Shown here: in pieces, positions 57,833 to 64,000 of the stretch
Numbering within the stretch: position 1 is the first letter of the stretch
Layout of the letters: each line of letters opens with the position of its first letter
Assembly (NCBI GenBank): GCA_963801355.1
Contig: CAWDEM010000008.1
Coordinates: 704,001 to 768,000, forward strand
Source of the DNA: Ignavibacteriota bacterium
Lineage (GTDB): Bacteria; Bacteroidota; Ignavibacteria; UBA10030; UBA6906
DNA: 64,000 nt
Direction: 5' to 3'
The notes under the pieces: model-generated
What the model was told of the DNA's origin: nothing
The model's input: only the letters and a program-made list of their open reading frames with translations
The model's database searches: none
Made by a program: the position numbers and the translations under genes

Positions 57833-59950
57833 TCACGGCAACCGCTTCTTCAGCCACGCCGTCAAGTAATCAAGCACGCCTGGCGCAAATTCCTTTTCCA
57901 GTCCTGCATACTCTGCGGGATTGCCCGTAATGGCCTTTTGGAAGAGGTGGTTGGCGCCCGCGACGGTGTAGAGCGTGACGTCAGGATTTCTCCCCTTCGA
58001 CAGTGCTGACGACATTGGTTGCAGGTGCAACGCCGGAGGGACCTGCTGATCCAGTTCCGCGAACAGTGCAAGCACCGGACACCGGATGCCGGCAAGGTCC
58101 TGTGCGGGGTCATGGGAAATGAAGAATGCGAACCATGGAGAGCGGACCGCGTTCATCTGGATATCGACACGCGCAGCGAGCAGCGAATCCGTCATGGCGG
58201 CCTTCTGATCGACCGGTAGACCATCAGCACTGCGGCGCATTTCGTCAAGTAACAGTCCACGCAATGCATCCCATCCCTTCTGTTCCCGCACTGTTGCGAA
58301 CACGCGCCGCTGCAGTGCAAGACCGCGCCCGATGTTTGCCTCAGTCTCTCCCTGGAACCGGCCGAGAGCCGCGATTTGCGACAGAATCACCGTGTCCCCT
58401 GGCAATGCCGGACCGGCAAGCAAAATGACAAAGGCAAGATCGGGGGATTTCTCGGCACACATAGCCGCAACCTCGGCCCCTTCGCTGTGCCCGATGAATC
58501 CGATCCTGGAACGCCCGATGTCTGACCGTGACTGGAGAAACCGGAACATGGCGGCCGCGTCCTGAGCAAAGTCTGCGCCGGTCGATGTCGACATGTTTCC
58601 TGTGGACCCTCCGACACCCCGGTCATCGCACCTGAGGACCGCATAGCCGTTGCGTGTAAGATGGTCGGCCAGAATCTTGAAGGGGCGGAATCCGAACAGC
58701 TCTTCGTCGCGATTCTGTGCCCCGCTGCCGGTCAGAAGGATAGCCGCAGCAAACGGTCCCCCCTTCCGCGGCAGAGTGAGCGTGCCGGAGAGGATCACAT
58801 CCCCGTTCGACACCTTGACCTCTTCCTCCAGGTACGGTGGAGGAGGAACCGGCGCAACGTCTTTCGCCTCTCCCGATTTGTGCAGATGAAAGCGTGCTTT
58901 CACGCTTCCCTGCCGGAAATCTCCCGCGATGGAGTCACCCGCCAACGTCCCTTCGAAAATCGCGAGTCCGGGGCCCGCCGGCAGCTCGAAATGCACTGCA
59001 GGGAGAGCAGCACGCACGTTCGTGAGGGGCAACCCCTTCGCCATTTGCATCGGTATGTCGATTGTGGCCTGAAGCGCTTCATTCGGTCCTTTGAAGTGCA
59101 CGATGACGCCCAGGTCTACGCCTGGAAGTGCGATGGCCCCCTCCCATTCCCCCGCAATGTTCTCTTGTGCGGAACTTGTGTTCATTGAGGTGAAGCCAGT
59201 CGCCAGGCAGCACAACAGAAGCACTCGTAGGTTCATATGGCTCTCTCTCCGGGGCATCTGAACGGATTGTGCCCCATGGTTCATGTGTTCGGCCCCCTCC
59301 CTTTGAAGGCGCCGGTTCAAAAGAAACGGATAGATGAAACCCGAGACGACAAACGTGACGGCAAGCGACGGAAGCAGTACATACTGCAATTCGATCCCGA
59401 TGAGGGAGAAAAGAACAGTGAGCACGCCACTCACGGTCAGCATCCATCCCCCGACCAGATGGCTCCTCTGCCACACCGTGTCGGAGACCAGTGTCCAGGG
59501 TGTCCGTATGCCGAAAAACCAATTCCGGGGAACTTTCGGGAGGTAGTTACCCATGAACGCGAAGAGGACACCAAGGCTGATCCCGAGCATGTTCAAGGAG
59601 ATGCGGCCATCGCGTGACGCGAAAACCGTGAGGAGAAGCAGCGCAAGCATAAACGCCAGGACAAAGTCGCGGAGGAGCATCAACACGCCGTAGCGGGGCT
59701 TGATGCGCGTCCAGAACGGGTCTATGAACGGCACGAACGTCATGACGATGTAGAGCCCGACACTCAGGCCGATAATCATCCAGATGAAATTGGTACGCTG
59801 CATAGTGCCGTTGACGTTGCCGTGGAGGTCGTAGTGCGATGGGACCTGATCCGGGAGCGTTGGTCCAAACAGCGCAAGAACAACCAGGATGGCGGCGACC
59901 ACGCCCAGGGCAAACAGATTACCTTTCAGGGTCCAGGGCATAGCAATCAC
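57833..59950 (-). CDS. SdpI/DUF1648 membrane protein in frame with an exported alpha/beta hydrolase (possibly two genes; internal start at 59236)
   Basis: LPDQVPSHY, GNYLPKVPRNWFFGIRTPWTL (SdpI); second signal-like MNLRVLLLCC; GSGAQNRDE, DDRGVG, GHSEG, NHLF. Confidence 0.8.
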   Translation of the reverse strand: MIAMPWTLKGNLFALGVVAAILVVLALFGPTLPDQVPSHYDLHGNVNGTMQRTNFIWMIIGLSVGLYIVMTFVPFIDPFWTRIKPRYGVLMLLRDFVLAFMLALLLLTVFASRDGRISLNMLGISLGVLFAFMGNYLPKVPRNWFFGIRTPWTLVSDTVWQRSHLVGGWMLTVSGVLTVLFSLIGIELQYVLLPSLAVTFVVSGFIYPFLLNRRLQREGAEHMNHGAQSVQMPRRESHMNLRVLLLCCLATGFTSMNTSSAQENIAGEWEGAIALPGVDLGVIVHFKGPNEALQATIDIPMQMAKGLPLTNVRAALPAVHFELPAGPGLAIFEGTLAGDSIAGDFRQGSVKARFHLHKSGEAKDVAPVPPPPYLEEEVKVSNGDVILSGTLTLPRKGGPFAAAILLTGSGAQNRDEELFGFRPFKILADHLTRNGYAVLRCDDRGVGGSTGNMSTSTGADFAQDAAAMFRFLQSRSDIGRSRIGFIGHSEGAEVAAMCAEKSPDLAFVILLAGPALPGDTVILSQIAALGRFQGETEANIGRGLALQRRVFATVREQKGWDALRGLLLDEMRRSADGLPVDQKAAMTDSLLAARVDIQMNAVRSPWFAFFISHDPAQDLAGIRCPVLALFAELDQQVPPALHLQPMSSALSKGRNPDVTLYTVAGANHLFQKAITGNPAEYAGLEKEFAPGVLDYLTAWLKKRLP

Positions 59951-60216
59951 TTTCGCAAGTGAAACTTCATGAAGTACTCCATGGCCATCTGCACGACGGT
60001 CATGTTGAGTGAATAGTAGATAAACTGCCCTTCGCGTCGGGTTTCCACCAGGTCAGTCCGTTTCAGGATATCCAGGTGATGTGAAAGAGTTGGTTGAGTC
60101 ACCGGGATGCGTTCGAGCAGCTCCGAGGGAGTGCGGCTCTTCTCGCGGAGCAGCTGGATAATCGCGGTCCGGGTGGGGTCCCCGAGAGCCTTAAAGACAT
60201 TGTTGAGAGTCGGCAT
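59947..60216 (-). CDS. ArsR/SmtB family repressor (SdpR-like)
   Basis: VFKALGDPTR, TLSHHLDILK, REGQFIYYSLN; 4-nt overlap with the sdpI-like gene. Confidence 0.9.
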   Translation of the reverse strand: MPTLNNVFKALGDPTRTAIIQLLREKSRTPSELLERIPVTQPTLSHHLDILKRTDLVETRREGQFIYYSLNMTVVQMAMEYFMKFHLRK

Positions 60217-60225
60217 AGATACTGG

Positions 60226-60287
60226 TATATGTACATGGGTACATATATTGGTACAACGAATATACATCAAGAAAGCTGCGTTGTCAA
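60226..60287 (-). promoter_or_regulatory. Promoter and operator of the sdpR-like operon
   Basis: Minus strand TTGACA(60287-82)-17nt-TATATT(60264-59); perfect IR TATATGTAC-N4-GTACATATA at 60226-60247. Confidence 0.75.
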
Positions 60288-60377
60288 GGAAAATCTTCTG
60301 AGCACCTTTACACTTGTGCCCGCCTTTCGTATAATTTACCATTCGTACCCTTATCACAATCCCGGAGGAACCTTTCC

Positions 60378-62372
60378 ATGCGTTCACTACTCGCGCTCAC
60401 CCTCTTGCTCCCCCTTTTGCCCCTGGGGTGCAGCCAGCCCCCCCCCATCATCGACAGAGAACTCTTTTTTGGCGATCCCGAGATCTCCGGCGCACAGATC
60501 TCCCCCGACGGGAGCCAGATCGCTTTCATAAAACCTTTCAAAGCTGTGCGCAACATCTGGGTGAAGACTCTCGATCAATCGTTCGATAAGGCGCGCCCCA
60601 TTACGGCTGACACAACGCGACCGGTCACAAGTTACTTCTGGTCACGCGACAGCAAATACGTTCTCTATGTGCAGGACAAAGGCGGGGATGAAAACTACCG
60701 GGTCTACGCCGTCGACCCCATGGCCCCCGGTGATCCGGTCCCGGCAGCCCGTGACCTGACCCCCATGCAGCAGGTCCGTGCGATCATAGTTGATGTCCCT
60801 AAGGCCACTCCGGGAGAAATCATCGTGGGGCTCAATGACCGCCGGGCGGACCTGCACGATGTGTATCGCCTCAACCTGGCGACGGCGGAAAAGACATTGC
60901 TCTGGAAAAATGATGAGAACGTGGTGGGGTGGGTGACGGACCTGAAGGGGGCACTGCGGATGGGTTTGCGGCAGACTCCGGATGGAGGCTCGGAATTACT
61001 CCGGATCGAAGCGAACTCACTTGTTCCGTTCTACACCGTGACTGCTGACGAGTCTATGATCCCCCTGCGCTTTACCCCTGATGGAAGCAAGTTCTATCTT
61101 GAAACGAACAAAGGGACCGGACTCGACAAGTCTGAACTGCAGCTATGCGATATCAAGACGGGAGAGGTGGCACTCGTGGAGAGAGATCCGGAAAATGAGG
61201 TTGACTTCGGAGAAGCCCTTTTTTCCGATGTCACGGACGAGCTTCTGGCAACCTTCTACGTCGGGGACCGGCATCGTGTCTATCCCAAACAGAAGCAGTT
61301 CGGCGAAGACTGGGACAAGATGGTGAAGGTTCTTCCCGGTGGCGAGATTTCGATCACCAATAGGACGGCCGATGAGAACAAGTGGCTTGTGAATGTCTCC
61401 AGCGATGTCGATCCAGGCTCACGGTATCTCTATGACCGAAAGACCGGGAAGGCGGAGCTTCTCTATCGTTCGCGCCCGGATCTGCCGAGTGAGCAGCTGG
61501 CGCCGATGAAGCCGGTCACCTACAAAGCGCGCGACGGCATGACGATCCATGCCTATCTTGTCACACCCCAGGGTGGGCCGGCAACAGACCTCCCCACAGT
61601 GATCATGCCGCATGGAGGCCCATGGGCCAGGGATTACTGGGGTTACAACTCGCTTGCCCAGTTCCTGGCAAACCGGGGGTACGCCGTCTTCATGCCCAAC
61701 TTCCGCGGATCGACGGGTTACGGCAAACAATATCTCAACGCGGGCAACAAGCAGTGGGGAACCGGTTCGATGCAACATGATATCACTGACGGCGTTCAGT
61801 ACTTAGTCGAGCAGAAGGTTGCCGATCCAAAACGCATCGGAATCTTCGGTGGGTCCTACGGAGGGTATGCGACACTCGCAGGAGTAGCGTTCACTCCCGA
61901 CCTGTACGCAGCGGGAGTATCTTATGTGGGGCCTTCCAACATCATTACGCTCCTCAAGACCATTCCGCCCTACTGGGCACCCATCAAGAGGACTTTTGCC
62001 ATTCGCGTTGGTGACATTGAGAAGCCGGAAGACGTCAAGATGCTGGAAGCACAGTCTCCCCTGAATTCGGCGAAGAACATCAAGGCTCCCTTGCTTGTCA
62101 TCCAGGGCGCCAACGATCCACGGGTGAAGAAAGCGGAGTCCGAACAGATCGTCGTTGCGCTGCGCGATCTGGGCAGGACCGTGGAGTACATGGTTGCGCC
62201 TGACGAGGGCCACGGGTTTGCCGGTCGTGAAAACCGGCTTGCGGCATTCACGGCTCTGGAGAAGTTCTTCGCAAAGCAGCTTGGCGGACGCCAGCAGGAG
62301 GCGGTGCCGGCGGATATCCAGAAGAGAATCGACGCACTGATGGTTGACGTTAAAAGCGTAAAACTAAACTAG
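60378..62372 (+). CDS. S9 family peptidase (dipeptidyl/acylaminoacyl peptidase), lipoprotein
   Basis: Lipobox PLGC; HGGP, NFRGSTGYG, GGSYGG, GANDPRV, DEGHG. Confidence 0.93.
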   Translation: MRSLLALTLLLPLLPLGCSQPPPIIDRELFFGDPEISGAQISPDGSQIAFIKPFKAVRNIWVKTLDQSFDKARPITADTTRPVTSYFWSRDSKYVLYVQDKGGDENYRVYAVDPMAPGDPVPAARDLTPMQQVRAIIVDVPKATPGEIIVGLNDRRADLHDVYRLNLATAEKTLLWKNDENVVGWVTDLKGALRMGLRQTPDGGSELLRIEANSLVPFYTVTADESMIPLRFTPDGSKFYLETNKGTGLDKSELQLCDIKTGEVALVERDPENEVDFGEALFSDVTDELLATFYVGDRHRVYPKQKQFGEDWDKMVKVLPGGEISITNRTADENKWLVNVSSDVDPGSRYLYDRKTGKAELLYRSRPDLPSEQLAPMKPVTYKARDGMTIHAYLVTPQGGPATDLPTVIMPHGGPWARDYWGYNSLAQFLANRGYAVFMPNFRGSTGYGKQYLNAGNKQWGTGSMQHDITDGVQYLVEQKVADPKRIGIFGGSYGGYATLAGVAFTPDLYAAGVSYVGPSNIITLLKTIPPYWAPIKRTFAIRVGDIEKPEDVKMLEAQSPLNSAKNIKAPLLVIQGANDPRVKKAESEQIVVALRDLGRTVEYMVAPDEGHGFAGRENRLAAFTALEKFFAKQLGGRQQEAVPADIQKRIDALMVDVKSVKLN

Positions 62373-62420
62373 ACTGGACCAAACTCACCTAAGCCAGACT
62401 GAACCAAACCAAACTGGACT
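62361..62420. repeat. Degenerate pentanucleotide array (12 units, consensus RRACY)
   Basis: AAACT AAACT AGACT GGACC AAACT CACCT AAGCC AGACT GAACC AAACC AAACT GGACT. Confidence 0.75.
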
Positions 62421-62426
62421 ATAGGT

Positions 62427-63998
62427 TCACCGCTCGAGCCTGTAGATCGCATATGATCTGCCCGCGATCTTCAGAGTCATCTTCACGCCTTCCCGGGAGA
62501 TGTCGGGCGCTTTGCCGGCAAGCAGTGTGAGCCTGGCATAGGGAAACTGGAAATCAAATTCCGCTGTCGCGCCGTTTTGTGCGGGGTTCAGGATCACGAG
62601 AACAACATCGCGGCCTCTGGCTCTGCAATAGACAAAAGGATAGGCGCTCTTCTGAGCGAATACCGGAATGAACTCCGCATAAGCTGAAAGGGCCGGTTCA
62701 CTCTGCCGCAAACGGATGAGCGCGCGGGTTCGGTGCAGAAGGGACCGTTTATCTCTTTCCTGCGCGTCAACTGTTGGCGCGTCCGGAGCGGGGTCAACTG
62801 GCAGATAGAGTCGAGCCGGGGACGCCACGGAGAAACCGAGATTTGCACCCTTTGCCCACTGCATGGGTGTCCGCGCACCATTCCGGGGCCGGTACGCTCC
62901 CTCTACCTGGGGCCAGCTCTCAGGCATCTGGCGCATGCCGATCTCGTTGCCGTAGTAGATAAATGGGACTCCTGGCATCGTGAGCCCGAATGCATAGATA
63001 ATCTCTAAGTCATCGTCGCTCCGCCGGTTGCCCAGTCGCGCGTTGTCGTGGTTCCCAAGCGGAATGCAGACATACCCCTTCCCTTTTGTCCGTTCATACT
63101 GGTCCGTGTACTTCTCGAGGAAGAATGTAATGTCGCCTTTGCCTTCGGCATCAAAGTAGCTGTGGCCCTCCGAATAGCCGTTAAGAATTCGCCAGCTCTC
63201 TTTCTGGAAAAGATCATTGTATCCATCGAACCAGTGGAAGAAATCAGCGTGAAAGCACCCGTCGAGTGCGGACACGGGGTAGGACCATTCCGAGACGATA
63301 AAAGCATCCGGGTATTCCTTGTTGAGGATTTCACGGAGTTCGCGCCAGAACTTCTTTGTCCCTTCCTCCTGCGTGGTGAAAAACTGCTGGTCTCCCTCCA
63401 CCCCCGAGGTTTTCACGAGAGCGCCCGCCATGTCCGCCCGGAACCCGTCCGCCCCCATATCCATCCAGAAACGGAACACCCGCCTCATTTCTTCCTTCAT
63501 GGCTAGGACATCCGGGTGATCGATAGGTAGTTCCCATTTATGCTGGGGGTCTGGAACCGCAAATCCGTAGTTCAGGGCAGGCTGGCAGTAGTAGAAGTTC
63601 TGCATGTACTGCCCGTTTCTGGTTCCAAGTCCTTTGACGAAAGCGCCCTCAAATTTCTTCGGGGGATTCAGCCAGACATTGTCGGTCCAGACATACCAGT
63701 TCGAGAACTTCCCCTTCTCCTGCTTGGCCGACGCCTTGAACCATGGGTGCTCCATGGAAGTGTAGCTGGCTACAAAGTCGAAGAGCACGTGGAGTCCCCG
63801 CATGTGCGCTTCCTTGAAGAGTCTCCGCGCATCGTCGTTTGTCCCGTACCGCGGGGCAACCCGGTAGTAGTCAGAAATATCGTACCCGGCGTCGCAGAAA
63901 GGTGATTCGAAGAACGGGTTAATCCACATCGCATCCACGCCAAGGCTCTTGACGTAGTCCAGTTTCTGGATGATACCCTCCAGGTCACCTATACCGTC
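62427..63998 (-). CDS. GH13 alpha-amylase family glycosidase, 5'-truncated by the window
   Basis: DGIGDLEGIIQKLDY at the edge; GYDISDY, GFRADMA, VSEW, NHD, YYGNEIGM. Confidence 0.92.
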   Translation of the reverse strand, partial: DGIGDLEGIIQKLDYVKSLGVDAMWINPFFESPFCDAGYDISDYYRVAPRYGTNDDARRLFKEAHMRGLHVLFDFVASYTSMEHPWFKASAKQEKGKFSNWYVWTDNVWLNPPKKFEGAFVKGLGTRNGQYMQNFYYCQPALNYGFAVPDPQHKWELPIDHPDVLAMKEEMRRVFRFWMDMGADGFRADMAGALVKTSGVEGDQQFFTTQEEGTKKFWRELREILNKEYPDAFIVSEWSYPVSALDGCFHADFFHWFDGYNDLFQKESWRILNGYSEGHSYFDAEGKGDITFFLEKYTDQYERTKGKGYVCIPLGNHDNARLGNRRSDDDLEIIYAFGLTMPGVPFIYYGNEIGMRQMPESWPQVEGAYRPRNGARTPMQWAKGANLGFSVASPARLYLPVDPAPDAPTVDAQERDKRSLLHRTRALIRLRQSEPALSAYAEFIPVFAQKSAYPFVYCRARGRDVVLVILNPAQNGATAEFDFQFPYARLTLLAGKAPDISREGVKMTLKIAGRSYAIYRLER

Positions 63999-64000
63999 GC

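Noticed and set aside
1-64000. tRNA/rRNA, integrase, prophage or defence island
   Set aside because: None recognised by eye; GGTTCGA-like strings noticed fall inside CDSs. A tRNAscan/cmscan run would be decisive.

Overview
GC-rich bacterial chromosomal window with about 43 CDSs. No rRNA, tRNA, CRISPR array or intact mobile element was seen. A protein ending in a 'QNYPNPFNP...SGIYFYRM' C-terminal sorting domain and repeated Hanks-kinase/TolB/TPR genes point to the FCB group (Ignavibacteria-like); this is inference. Content: 3 complete plus 1 probable truncated Ser/Thr kinase-sensor genes, a beta-propeller HK/REC/REC-PP2C signalling operon, a sugar porter, GT2 plus epimerase, an IorAB-type molybdoenzyme, peptidases (M28, S9), a three-gene split glutamate-synthase-like cluster, a TPR lipoprotein/ECF/anti-sigma operon, a REC-TrxR fusion lacking CxxC that is divergent from a cNMP histidine kinase, GH31/GH2/GH2 glycosidases, a Fic gene, an SdpR-SdpI::hydrolase module and a truncated GH13. 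Best leads: (1) the split GOGAT with one intact and one degenerate FMN-barrel subunit; (2) the CxxC-less REC-TrxR/cNMP-HK/small His-Cys protein module; (3) the SdpI-hydrolase fusion hinging on a G5 run; (4) a TPR lipoprotein with a DUF2723/TMEM260-like motif; (5) a degenerate pentamer array. All family calls come from motif recognition by eye; no database search was run.
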